IMG/VR virus record: IMGVR_UViG_3300021255_002539
Span: 160,001-224,000 of that record
Reading direction: 5' to 3' (one strand)
DNA length: 64,000 nt
Origin: a virus
Taxonomy: Duplodnaviria > Caudoviricetes
A model generated the notes under the pieces. It saw nothing but the letters and a program-made list of their open reading frames with translations. It was not told the DNA's origin and made no database searches. Each line of letters opens with the position of its first letter. Position 1 is the first letter of the stretch. This document shows positions 21,401 to 30,699 of this stretch, piece after piece. A program made the translations under genes and the position numbers.

Positions 21401-22083
21401 ACCTCAACATCTTGCCCTACTTGAGCAAGATCACAGGGTTCAACACCTCCTATGGCGCTGGCTACCTCAACTGGTACCGCACGATATCCGACTACACCGG
21501 AGACACCCTCTGGGTTCCACCATCCATCAAGGCAATGGGTACCTACATCCTCACGGACAAGCAGTACAATTGGTGGGATGCCCCAGCAGGAATGCGCCGT
21601 GGCGTAATCAACATGGCAGAGACCTCCTTCAACCCCAACAAGGATCAGGCGGGAGACATCTACGACGCCAACTGGAACTACGCAATACACTATGTCAACG
21701 ATGGCATCATCCAGGAGGGTCAGAAGACCTTCCAGACGAGGCAGAGTGCGCTTGACCGCGTGAATGTCCGCCGTCTCATTGGACGCATCAAGAGGTATGT
21801 GTACCACGCATCCAGGCAGTTCCTCTACGAGCCACACACTCAGGCAATCCGCGAGAAGTATGTCAAGACAATCACTCCATTCTTCCAGGACCTGATGAAC
21901 AGGGGTGGGTTGTATGGGTACAAGATTATTTGCGACAACACGAACAATACGCCGGAAGTTATCGACCGTAATGAACTCAGAGTGAAGATAGGCATCAAGC
22001 CAGTCAAGACCATAGAGTTCATAATAATCGACCTCTGTGTGTTGAACACCGGAGCGAGCTGGACAGAAATGGACGCGGTTTAA
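18463..22083 (+). CDS. Tail sheath protein, gp18-like, with a large insertion (1206 aa, 1 TAG=Gln)
   Basis: N-terminal APGVSIIEHDLS..GFAQKG; C-terminal WVPPS..WDAPAG..RG..GQKT..SALDRVNVRRL..CDNTNNTPEVIDRNEL..IKPVKTIEFI; same frame across TAG 20668. Confidence 0.92.
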
Positions 22084-22109
22084 TCCACACTCCATTGAAG
22101 TTCAACAAC

Positions 22110-22142
22110 AATCTGCCATCCTTTTGGGTGGCAGATTTGTTT
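22110..22142 (+). terminator. Intrinsic terminator after sheath
   Basis: AATCTGCCATCC-tttt-GGGTGGCAGATT followed by T-rich tail. Confidence 0.7.
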
Positions 22143-22167
22143 ATCCACAAGGTATATAATTGACAAT

Positions 22168-23259
22168 ATGACATTCAATATCATGACAGAGCCTGAATTC
22201 CCCTTGACGATAGAGGGTTTGCGTCAGAACAAGGAGTTCCTGAAGGAGCGTCGTGAGTCTGGCGATCCAAACTACCAATATCAGGGGAATTGCACAAAGA
22301 TGTTCGCCGAGAGGGTTTCTGACTTGTACTTGGACAGAGAATGGGATTGGGTCCGCAACCATGCCATGCCGAGCCCGATGGAGAAGCAACCATCTGAAGC
22401 AACCTTCAGAAACGAGATACGCACTTTGGTGCAGGAGCAAAGGAGTTGGAAGTCCAGGTCCAATCTGATCAAGGCGTTCCACCCCAGCGCGTTGGATGCA
22501 TCGAAGGGTGGATCGAAGTCGCCAAACGAGGGTTGGAGGCTGCTGCAGTCCAACAAGGACGAGTTCAGGAAGTTCTACTTGAACAGGTTGAGGTGTTCAG
22601 ATTGGTTCAACGAGCACAGGAGGGGTGAGGATGTCGAGGAAGAGCGGTGGACGAGTTTGCTGGAGGGTCGTGTTCCACCATTCATATACGCCATTGGACT
22701 CACCACATCTGGGAAATACCCAAATGTTGGCATGTTCAAACCCCATGCAGCGAAGTATCTGACGAACAAGTACCTGTCCAGGTTCGACGAGGTGTTTGAT
22801 CCATTCTCTGGGTTTTCTGGGAGATTGTTGGGAGTCGTTTCAACTGGGAGACGGTATGTTGGTAGGGACTTAAGCCCAATTGTCATAGAGGAGTCCAAGC
22901 GGTTGATGGAGCATGTCGGTCCAATGTTCGAGTTGAATGGTGTGTATCCTGACTATGATTTGGGTGTTGCAGACGCAACCCAGCCATCTGATGTCAAGCA
23001 TCAATCTCTGTTGACATGTTCGCCATATGGGAACTTGGAGCATTGGAATGGTGTTCCTGACTCCAACTTGAGTTGCGACGATTGGATTGACATTTGCATG
23101 AAGAACCATGTTTGCGAGAGATATGTGTTCGTCACTGATGGGAATATAGTCAAGTGGAGACCTTGGGTGAAGGAAGTTTGGCAGAACACTTGCCATTGGG
23201 GTTCAAACGAGGAATGCGTGGTCGTTGTTGATGGAGATGGAGGAAAGGTGGAGAAATGA
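22168..23259 (+). CDS. Putative DNA amino-methyltransferase (SAM-dependent)
   Basis: VFDPFSGFSGRLLG..YVGRD SAM motif I; LLTCSPY..LEHW (SPPY-like). Confidence 0.7.
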   Translation: MTFNIMTEPEFPLTIEGLRQNKEFLKERRESGDPNYQYQGNCTKMFAERVSDLYLDREWDWVRNHAMPSPMEKQPSEATFRNEIRTLVQEQRSWKSRSNLIKAFHPSALDASKGGSKSPNEGWRLLQSNKDEFRKFYLNRLRCSDWFNEHRRGEDVEEERWTSLLEGRVPPFIYAIGLTTSGKYPNVGMFKPHAAKYLTNKYLSRFDEVFDPFSGFSGRLLGVVSTGRRYVGRDLSPIVIEESKRLMEHVGPMFELNGVYPDYDLGVADATQPSDVKHQSLLTCSPYGNLEHWNGVPDSNLSCDDWIDICMKNHVCERYVFVTDGNIVKWRPWVKEVWQNTCHWGSNEECVVVVDGDGGKVEK

Positions 23260-24326
23260 TCGCAACCAGTTCAAGATTCAACGCCAGCAGAATTGAGATT
23301 GGGGATGGCATGTTGGGTAAATGGAGCAAATTCCTGGTTCTGCCCCCTGTTCTGGATTTACACGATTGCTTGAACAAAAACCCCTTGCCGGACCACATAA
23401 CATGTTGCCCCAGGGGGTTGGAGGGCATGTGCAACGTCATATACTCGTCGTTTGGAATGATGAATGCCCCAATGTTGGATGTAGTGGACTTGAACGACGA
23501 TGCCGCAGATGTAAATGTGGGTGGCAGAAGTGGATGCAAGGATGTGGCGTTGGGGTTTTCTGGTGGATTGGATTCGGTGTACCAAGCCATACGGTTGCAG
23601 GAACTGGGCTACACTGTCCATTTGGTGTTCGTGCGGGGGATGAACACATACGAGGGTGGTCAGGCGTTCAAATACGCCAAATCCATCTCTGACGAACTGG
23701 GGATGGAATTGATTCCTGTGAACATGAAGAAAGCCTGGGCGAAAAGTGGCAATCCATATAGGCAAGGTTGGCCAGAGAACCCAATCAAGAACGAGGTCAT
23801 AATGGCCTTGCTCGTGGACATTTGCCTGTCAAATGGCTATTCCAGCATCTCGTTGGGGGACGACTTGTCGTTGTCTCTGGCAGATTCGGTTCCTGGGGTC
23901 AACACCACCGATGCACACGAGGTAACAGAACATTTCTTGTCGTTCATCCATTCGCGTTTTCCACATTTGGGGTTCTTGCCCATTCCAAAGGAGGATGGAA
24001 AGGACAAGAGGTTGGTGAAGACGATTCAAAGTGGGTTGGGTGATTTGTACTACAGTTGCGTGATGCAAGGTAGATTCAACAAGTCGTTCAAGTCTCGGGT
24101 TGAGGGCAAATATGGTGTGAAACTCCTGGGGAACAACTGTGGCATGTGCAGAAAGTGTTGTATGCACAACCTAATCCTGCACTACATCGGCAACCGCCCA
24201 TTGCCAGAGGAGTATGTGGAATATTGCTGGGAGAAGATGTATTCAACGGGAAAGAACGCAGACGCCAAATTCTTCGCCAAGGAATTGCCATTGGAGACCA
24301 GGATACACAACTTGTTCAACTATTGA
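23256..24326 (+). CDS. QueC-like PP-loop ATP pyrophosphatase
   Basis: GFSGGLDS PP-loop; ENPIKN; YSC..CGMCRKC Zn motif; ATGA overlap with methyltransferase. Confidence 0.75.
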   Translation: MIATSSRFNASRIEIGDGMLGKWSKFLVLPPVLDLHDCLNKNPLPDHITCCPRGLEGMCNVIYSSFGMMNAPMLDVVDLNDDAADVNVGGRSGCKDVALGFSGGLDSVYQAIRLQELGYTVHLVFVRGMNTYEGGQAFKYAKSISDELGMELIPVNMKKAWAKSGNPYRQGWPENPIKNEVIMALLVDICLSNGYSSISLGDDLSLSLADSVPGVNTTDAHEVTEHFLSFIHSRFPHLGFLPIPKEDGKDKRLVKTIQSGLGDLYYSCVMQGRFNKSFKSRVEGKYGVKLLGNNCGMCRKCCMHNLILHYIGNRPLPEEYVEYCWEKMYSTGKNADAKFFAKELPLETRIHNLFNY

Positions 24327-24350
24327 CTTCTGCAATGTGTTGTTGAACAA

Positions 24351-24869
24351 TCAAGCTTGTAGTTCGTCTACCACGAACCTGGGGTATTTCTTCTGGTATC
24401 CACTTCTTCCAAGCAAGGTCTCGTACACGAAGTAGACATCGGATATGGTTCCAGCGAGGTAGCCACTTTCCATTTCGTTGTTTCTGTCCCATCCAATTGG
24501 ATCATGTTCGTCCTGGATTTCCTCCTTGGCGATTGCCTTGAGTTTCTTCGCCATGAATTGCTTGATGGCGTCTTTCTTTCCCCCAAGCTTGGTCATGAAG
24601 TAGTTTTCGGTGAAGTGGTTGCTTCCAGGTCTGTTGCTCGCTTCCCATTCGCCCTGTGTGCCATCCACGATGAATACAATCTCCCCACCAGTCTTTTCCA
24701 CATTGATGAATCGCCAGTAGTGTTCCATTGCAGGGGAGTTCTCCCACATTCCATCGGACATCTGCCCGATTATGGAATCCAGAATGTCCCTGGCCTTGTC
24801 GCCCTTCAGTCCGGTTGGAACTATCAATTTCTTCTTTTCTGATTCAGATACCAGTTTCTTCCACTTCAT
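24351..24869 (-). CDS. Late protein with short MKWKKLVSE|S leader
   Basis: Late promoter 24899-24906; GAGG RBS. Confidence 0.65.
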   Translation of the reverse strand: MKWKKLVSESEKKKLIVPTGLKGDKARDILDSIIGQMSDGMWENSPAMEHYWRFINVEKTGGEIVFIVDGTQGEWEASNRPGSNHFTENYFMTKLGGKKDAIKQFMAKKLKAIAKEEIQDEHDPIGWDRNNEMESGYLAGTISDVYFVYETLLGRSGYQKKYPRFVVDELQA

Positions 24870-24881
24870 GTTTTTAATACC

Positions 24882-25160
24882 TCAATTGGCTTTTGTAGTA
24901 TTTACAATATCGTGGTTGGATAGGCATGGGCATTTGGGTGAATGCGTCAGTCCGCTTCTATGGCATCCTACCATTACAAGGTATTCGTGTTCATCAATCA
25001 TGATGTACCGGAATGTCCATACCCCTGATCCTGGAAATATAACCGCACCGAATTCGTTTGTTCCATTTCTTTCGGCAATGGGTCTGTCACTCTCGTCGAC
25101 AGGTGATTTCGAGCATCCAATGAGGAAGCACAGTAATCCAATTGCAAGCAGTTTCTTCAT
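24882..25160 (-). CDS. Small putative lipoprotein
   Basis: MKK + hydrophobic stretch + LIG|C lipobox. Confidence 0.65.
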   Translation of the reverse strand: MKKLLAIGLLCFLIGCSKSPVDESDRPIAERNGTNEFGAVIFPGSGVWTFRYIMIDEHEYLVMVGCHRSGLTHSPKCPCLSNHDIVNTTKAN

Positions 25161-25172
25161 AGTTGTTTCCCT

Positions 25173-25973
25173 TTAGTTGAGTTCAATGTCCTGAAAGATT
25201 TCCTCTGGCTTGGTCTTGAATTCCACTGCGTTCATCCTGTCCTGAATCTTCCTCAATGTCTCCACAGGAAGCACATCAATTGGATTGGGGCAACCCTTGA
25301 AATTTCCACGAATCACGGTGTCGAGGTCGTCATAGCTGAACCCAATCTTGTCCTCGTCGGTCTGCTCGGAAAGACCATCTGCCGGGGTCTTTTCGACGAG
25401 ATACCTTGGGATTTCAGGCATTGTAAGTCCAATTGCCACGACCTCGTTCTTGGTGAGTCTTATCAGTGGTTTGAGGTCTCCTGCAGAATCTCCGTTCTTG
25501 GTGAAGTAGCCCGTGAGGAATTCACTGAGGTTGCTGGTGTTGACCACCCTTCCCCCAATCGTCTGACTCACGGCATACAATGTGGTCATGCGAAGCCTTG
25601 GGGCGAGGTTGATTGTGGTCTGGGAGGACAGCCCCTTCGTCCAATCAAGTTTCTCTGCCAAGTTGAGATCCACTTCAGAGCCAATGGCGTTGTAGGCCGC
25701 GTTGATGTTGACGATGATGTACTTGATTCCAAGCGAATTGCACACTGCAATGGAGTCTCCAATGTCCTTCTGTGTTCCGTTTGGCATCAACACACCAAGA
25801 ACCTTGTCCTTGCCCAATGCCCTAGTACAAAGACCAGCTACAATCGTGCTATCCTTGCCTCCACTGATTCCAATGACCGCGTACTTGTCCTTGCCATTTC
25901 GGTCGAACCAATCCCTGAGCCAGCTCACGAGGTTGTCTCTCGTCTTCTCTGCGTTGAAGTAATTCATGTTCAT
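25173..25973 (-). CDS. nadE: NH3-dependent NAD+ synthetase
   Basis: GISGGKDS, NLAPRLRMTTLY, TSNLSE..GYFTKNGD, KTPADGL..QTDE. Confidence 0.92.
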   Translation of the reverse strand: MNMNYFNAEKTRDNLVSWLRDWFDRNGKDKYAVIGISGGKDSTIVAGLCTRALGKDKVLGVLMPNGTQKDIGDSIAVCNSLGIKYIIVNINAAYNAIGSEVDLNLAEKLDWTKGLSSQTTINLAPRLRMTTLYAVSQTIGGRVVNTSNLSEFLTGYFTKNGDSAGDLKPLIRLTKNEVVAIGLTMPEIPRYLVEKTPADGLSEQTDEDKIGFSYDDLDTVIRGNFKGCPNPIDVLPVETLRKIQDRMNAVEFKTKPEEIFQDIELN

Positions 25974-25974
25974 T

Positions 25975-26160
25975 TTATTTTGTCTCCTTTGTCCAAGTTG
26001 TTCTCCATTTTCTGTCCTGGTTTGGAAATGGGCTACTGCCACGTTCAATCCAGGTTTCAATTTTCAATTCGTATCCTCTTTTGACCATTGATACAACGAA
26101 GTCAATTTCATTCATGATTTCGTATGCCAATCCATTTGCCAATTCTTGTTCAACATCCAT
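25975..26160 (-). CDS. Small hypothetical protein (MDVEQEL...)
   Basis: AGGAGG RBS; fills operon gap. Confidence 0.45.
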   Translation of the reverse strand: MDVEQELANGLAYEIMNEIDFVVSMVKRGYELKIETWIERGSSPFPNQDRKWRTTWTKETK

Positions 26161-26161
26161 T

Positions 26162-26467
26162 TCAGACCTCCTTGATGTGAACCACGAAGTCGAACATTTC
26201 TCCGACATGTAGGAAATACTTGTCTCGGTTCGCTTGGGTTTCTCTCCTATAGGTTGTGAATGGGATGTCCTTGTCTCCCAAGAATACGCACTGGATGTAG
26301 TATTCGCCCATCTTGAACTCGTACAGTCCATCGGTGTCGTACTCCAATGCCTCCTTGGAGAAGGTATTGTCAATCTTCACCAGTTCGGCATGAACGAGCT
26401 TCCCGCTTCTCTGCCCATGAAGCTTGGTATAGTCGTGGTTGAACATCACTATGTGTTTGTCGTCCAT
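26162..26467 (-). CDS. Hypothetical protein
   Basis: Tightly packed in the NAD operon. Confidence 0.65.
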   Translation of the reverse strand: MDDKHIVMFNHDYTKLHGQRSGKLVHAELVKIDNTFSKEALEYDTDGLYEFKMGEYYIQCVFLGDKDIPFTTYRRETQANRDKYFLHVGEMFDFVVHIKEV

Positions 26468-26468
26468 T

Positions 26469-26687
26469 TCAGTTTCTCCTTCCTTCTACTGGTGCTTCCA
26501 TCTTCCTTCCACATCCAGGGCAATACCTGTAGGTTTCGTGGAAGGTCTGGATTTTCTTCTGCGCCTCGTTGGTGCAGTCCCAATCCGTGTATTCCATGAA
26601 CCCACAATTGGAGCAGGTGGCATACTCGTATTCAATGGACTTCCAATATGCGGAAGGAATGTCGCTGATGTACAAATCGTTGTCCAT
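26469..26687 (-). CDS. Small Zn-ribbon protein
   Basis: CSNCG..YCPGCG. Confidence 0.65.
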   Translation of the reverse strand: MDNDLYISDIPSAYWKSIEYEYATCSNCGFMEYTDWDCTNEAQKKIQTFHETYRYCPGCGRKMEAPVEGRRN

Positions 26688-26688
26688 T

Positions 26689-28161
26689 TCACACTCCCTT
26701 GTTGATTCTGTCCCGGATTTCGGCGAAGGTGGTCTTGTTGAGCATCACGCCATCCTTGAACACAGTCTTGAGCGCGCTGGCGGTCTCGTTGAGCATCTTG
26801 TCGTGTTCATCGGTCTCGAACAGGTTGCCATTGCTGTCCCTCATGACCCAAACGATTCCCTTGTGGCTCTTCTTGAGCTTGCCGGTGTCGGTCTTCGGGT
26901 CCTTGTAGATGAAGTGGAACTGGCCATTGGTGACGCCAGCACAAGCCTTGGCCGCGATTCCAAAGGTATCTCGGGTGTTGACAATCAACTTCTCGTTGTC
27001 GAAGATCGCGCTGAAGCAAAAGGCACCCACGCCAAAGCAGACATTGTTGGCTGCGAACCCATGCTTCTCCATCCAATCCCAAATCTTGCGCACTGTGAAG
27101 AGTGTGCATCCATCGCCCAGGATGATTCTGATGTGGGGATCCAGGACGCTATAACCCTTGCTGTTCTCCTCTCCACCGAACTCGTCCCAAAGCATTTCGA
27201 GGGTCTTGGTCACTGTCTCAAACTGGTCTCCCGAATCCGGGCGGATTAGGAGCGTCCCATTGTGCTTGAGGATTTCACCCTTGAGCGCAGGGATGATGTT
27301 CTCGACCAGGTTCCAGTAGTCGTAGGTGTCCGAAACCATGCTGAACGAGGTGTTGGGGTAGATCTCGGTTAGCATGCGCTTGATGAAGGTCACTTCGTCC
27401 CCATCAATGGCGTAGTTGCTTGCCATCACACTGTGTTCAGTCGAGACAGCACCCTGACCAATCTTGGTGTTGCTCACATCGGCTTCGTAATACTTGTCGA
27501 TGTAGGGAAGCGCCGGGATTGTACTGGTCTTGTTGAAGCAAGTAAGCCAGGCAGCCGAGCACCTAGCGGCTTCGTTCGTGCAGCTCATTCCCCTCATGCC
27601 AAAGTCCGACATGGCGTTCTTGGGGTCGCAATTTGGGTCGCAGGTCCTGTCGTAGTATTCCTTCGCCAGCTCCAGGTACATCTTGGAAATGGTGGCGTGG
27701 TTGCAGGTCTTCCAGAGTTCGGCCTGCAGGATGCACTCAACCCACTGGACGAGCCAAGCGAAGTGATCGTTGGTGTTCGTGATTTCGATGCAGGGGATGC
27801 CCATGTTCACCGAAGTTCCCTCGGGGATTGCCCGAATCTGAAGTGGGAGGTAACCCAGCCTGTGGAGGTCGATGATATTCGTGGTTGCGTATCCCCCACC
27901 AGGAAGCTGAACCTTCATGTACTTCTCGTATTCGGCTATGACTTCGTTGATTTCGCGGTCAAAGAAGTTCTCCTTGAAGTAGTCCACCAGGAACTCCTGA
28001 ATGAAAGCCTGAAGCCCGAAGAACACCATCTTGTCGCAGGTCTTGAGCATGGATTTCCTGGGAGTCCAATAGGAATAGAGTTTCGTCAACCCAGGGTTGT
28101 ATTGAAGAATGTGGCAGAACTTGTAAGTGTCGGCCAAAAGCATTGCGTTTGTCTTAATCAT
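26689..28161 (-). CDS. nadV: Nicotinamide phosphoribosyltransferase family (NadV/Namat-like), 490 aa
   Basis: LLADTYK..H..QY, FFGLQ, DFGMRG, STEHSVM, VSDTYD, IRPDSGD, GDG, RDTFG.A.K, KDPKTD..KKS.KG. Confidence 0.88.
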   Translation of the reverse strand: MIKTNAMLLADTYKFCHILQYNPGLTKLYSYWTPRKSMLKTCDKMVFFGLQAFIQEFLVDYFKENFFDREINEVIAEYEKYMKVQLPGGGYATTNIIDLHRLGYLPLQIRAIPEGTSVNMGIPCIEITNTNDHFAWLVQWVECILQAELWKTCNHATISKMYLELAKEYYDRTCDPNCDPKNAMSDFGMRGMSCTNEAARCSAAWLTCFNKTSTIPALPYIDKYYEADVSNTKIGQGAVSTEHSVMASNYAIDGDEVTFIKRMLTEIYPNTSFSMVSDTYDYWNLVENIIPALKGEILKHNGTLLIRPDSGDQFETVTKTLEMLWDEFGGEENSKGYSVLDPHIRIILGDGCTLFTVRKIWDWMEKHGFAANNVCFGVGAFCFSAIFDNEKLIVNTRDTFGIAAKACAGVTNGQFHFIYKDPKTDTGKLKKSHKGIVWVMRDSNGNLFETDEHDKMLNETASALKTVFKDGVMLNKTTFAEIRDRINKGV

Positions 28162-28177
28162 TGTCTTGTTCTCCTTT

Positions 28178-29020
28178 TTAGAATTCACGAATAATCTTGA
28201 TCTTGTTGCTGGCAACCTGTACACGGAAGATGGAGTTGGTGGCGTAGATGGTCTTGATGAGGTCTCCCTGAATCAGCTTGCCCTTCTCCTTGTCCATTAC
28301 CGAGTTCTCAAGGTGGGTGACATAGCAGGAGATGTCGTTTGCCCCCTTGTCCTTCAACGCGCAGGCCGAGTAGTAGAATGTTCCACCATAGGCGCAAATG
28401 TCGTCAATCATGAGGATGTTCTTGCCCTTGAGGTCGTCGTAGCCAGCAATGTCGATTCCCAGAATCTTCCCGGTCTTCCAATCGCGCTTCTTGATGCCAA
28501 ACGCGACTGGCAATTCGAGGAACGAGAGCAGGTCACTATACCTCTTGCAAGCACCTTCATCGGGGAAGTAGAGAACCACATCTCTATCGGTTGCGGCGAA
28601 GTGAAGAGCCATCTGGACATCCTCGGCCACGCAGTCGAAGTCAACGGACACCCGGTCGAACAATGCCTCGCTTACAGTGCTGTGGGGGTTGCAGATGGTG
28701 ACGCCCTCGAACCCAAGCCAGTTGATGGTCTCGGCGAACGCCTTGAGGGTGAATACCTCGTCCGAGTTCTTGACCCTGTCCATTCTGGCGTTGGGGACAT
28801 AGGGAAGTTTGAGCCAAATTCTGCACCTTGCCTTGCTCTTGAGGTGCTTGACGAGCGCAATGAGCTGGAACAGCTCGGAGTCGTTGTCGTAAAGCCATGT
28901 GATTCTGTATGCCCCATCCACGAAAGTGGGGTTGTACTTGATGAGCTTCGTCCCATCGGGGAATGTCGTGGGGTTGAGCATCACCGTGTTCTGGTTGTTC
29001 AAATCTTCTACTTTAATCAT
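28178..29020 (-). CDS. prs: Ribose-phosphate pyrophosphokinase family (Prs/Adps-like)
   Basis: FPDGT, LPYVPNARMDR, NPHS, PDEGA.KRY, K.RD..TG, IDDICAYGGTF, YVTH. Confidence 0.85.
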   Translation of the reverse strand: MIKVEDLNNQNTVMLNPTTFPDGTKLIKYNPTFVDGAYRITWLYDNDSELFQLIALVKHLKSKARCRIWLKLPYVPNARMDRVKNSDEVFTLKAFAETINWLGFEGVTICNPHSTVSEALFDRVSVDFDCVAEDVQMALHFAATDRDVVLYFPDEGACKRYSDLLSFLELPVAFGIKKRDWKTGKILGIDIAGYDDLKGKNILMIDDICAYGGTFYYSACALKDKGANDISCYVTHLENSVMDKEKGKLIQGDLIKTIYATNSIFRVQVASNKIKIIREF

Positions 29021-29051
29021 AGTGATTTCCTCGCTTCCTTGATTTGCCTAT

Positions 29052-29081
29052 ATTATATCATATTTTGGTTGATGTTGTCAA
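29052..29081 (-). promoter_or_regulatory. Sigma70-type promoter TTGACA-N18-TATAAT driving the prs-nadV-nadE operon
   Basis: Consensus boxes with extended -10 TG. Confidence 0.8.
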
Positions 29082-29120
29082 TGTGGTTCGTTGGTTTTTA
29101 TCACAATGGTTTTGAACGAA

Positions 29121-29567
29121 CTAGAATATGGTGGTTATTGCATCGTCCGTGATGTTTGTTGTATGATCGTTGTCCTTTTGCACCACAAAATTTAATGTTT
29201 GGTTTAGTGTATTGAGTTTTGTGATGCGACAGCCATTGTCCATCAAATCCTGCAACACTTCAAATACCAATCCCGCATCAGTGGTTCTTTTTTGGTATAT
29301 GACGAATTTGGCGCAGAAGTTTTCTGTTATTCTGTTCACGCACATGTATTCACACCCCTTGAAATGCCTTTTGAATTTTTTAATCATCTTGGGCATGTCA
29401 AAGCCGCCATCCTCGTAGTCTTCAGGATACAACCAAAACTCCTTGCTAGTATCTATGTCAATCTCATTGGGATTTGTGAATTTTGGCAAGAAGTCAGTAT
29501 ACCAGTTCATGGTTTGTGCTACAGAAGTCATGTTGCATTTCCTTTCTGTTAGTTCAAACCACTTCAA
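29121..29567 (-). CDS. AT-rich hypothetical protein (ends at TAG 29121, or TGA 29058 if read through)
   Basis: ORF overlapping the pncA stop. Confidence 0.55.
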   Translation of the reverse strand: MKWFELTERKCNMTSVAQTMNWYTDFLPKFTNPNEIDIDTSKEFWLYPEDYEDGGFDMPKMIKKFKRHFKGCEYMCVNRITENFCAKFVIYQKRTTDAGLVFEVLQDLMDNGCRITKLNTLNQTLNFVVQKDNDHTTNITDDAITTIF

Positions 29568-30099
29568 TCTGGCACATTTCCATCGTCTTGAGGGCAGCTT
29601 CGTGGCTTTCAGGGGTGACGCCAGCAGTGCAATCCCTCAATACCTTGATGGTGCTGTTGGGGAAGCTTGCCCTGATGAGCAAGGCATTGGAAACCACGCA
29701 AATGTCGGTGCAGAATCCAACAATCGTGAATTCATAGTCTTCCTTGGGGTAGTGGGTCGCCGAGAGGTTGTTGACCATCCAAGCCGAGCCAAATGTCTCC
29801 TTCTCGAATCTGTCGGTCAGTTTGCCAACCAGTGCCTCGCCAAGTTCGCTTGGCATCTCCCATCCCCAAGTTCCCTTGATGCAGTGCTCTACAGGGAGTT
29901 TGCTTCCCTCCAGGGTCTTCGTTAGGTAGGTGTCCTTGTCGTGGGTGTCCATCGTCGCGTAAATCTCGTCCCAATCGCTGTTCTTGACGAGGTTGACGAT
30001 GTTGGGCAGTTTCTTGATTGCCTCTTCGTTGCGCAATGCGCCTGTGATGAAGTCGTTCTGGACATCAATCACCAATAGTATCTTTTTCTTCGTTGCCAT
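29554..30099 (-). CDS. pncA: Nicotinamidase / isochorismatase family
   Basis: LVIDVQNDF..G.L, DTH, EHCIKGTWG, K.TFGS, GFCTDICV. Confidence 0.9.
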   Translation of the reverse strand: MATKKKILLVIDVQNDFITGALRNEEAIKKLPNIVNLVKNSDWDEIYATMDTHDKDTYLTKTLEGSKLPVEHCIKGTWGWEMPSELGEALVGKLTDRFEKETFGSAWMVNNLSATHYPKEDYEFTIVGFCTDICVVSNALLIRASFPNSTIKVLRDCTAGVTPESHEAALKTMEMCQIEVV

Positions 30100-30253
30100 A
30101 ATGGAAATTCCTCCATTGTTTTGGTTGTTATAGATGCCACCACAATCCCGTGGTGGAATCACATCATTGTAATTATACAATATTTACTCAGAAAAAGCAA
30201 GGGGGTCTGGAAAAATTTCCAAACCCCTTCGTTATATGCCCAGTGTGTGGTTT

Positions 30254-30697
30254 TCAGTCGATGAAGTAGACAGAAAGGTTTACAGCATATTTGTTCACAC
30301 TGGCATCTCCAGGAAAAGAAAATATCAAACTGTCGTTTGAATCCAGGAATATTGGGAATGTCTCACCAATGTTGTTACTCAACCAAGTGTCCAACAGTAG
30401 GTGCTTGCCGTAGTTTTCGTTGCCGACATCTTTTTCGTTCGCATATACGAATATGTGCCTAGTTGAACCTGTGTCGTTGTGTATTCTGGTGTAGACGATG
30501 CACTTGCGACCAGGAGTCCAAGTGTGATCCCCACCTGTGTTGAAGCCTGGGATTTCAGATGAGCATCCTCCATCACTGGCATATAGGAACTTGTGTTTTG
30601 CCATGTCGTCGTAGTCTGGGAACGACATCTTCTTGTCCATGTCTTCGGACTATGGGATTGGTGCTGTGGTTGATAGTTCGTTGAAGTTTGTTGCCAT
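30254..30697 (-). CDS. Tail-fibre-associated small protein (147 aa, 1 TAG=Gln)
   Basis: ATG 30697 directly after the fibre stop; TAG 30650 in frame. Confidence 0.65.
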
Positions 30698-30699
30698 TG

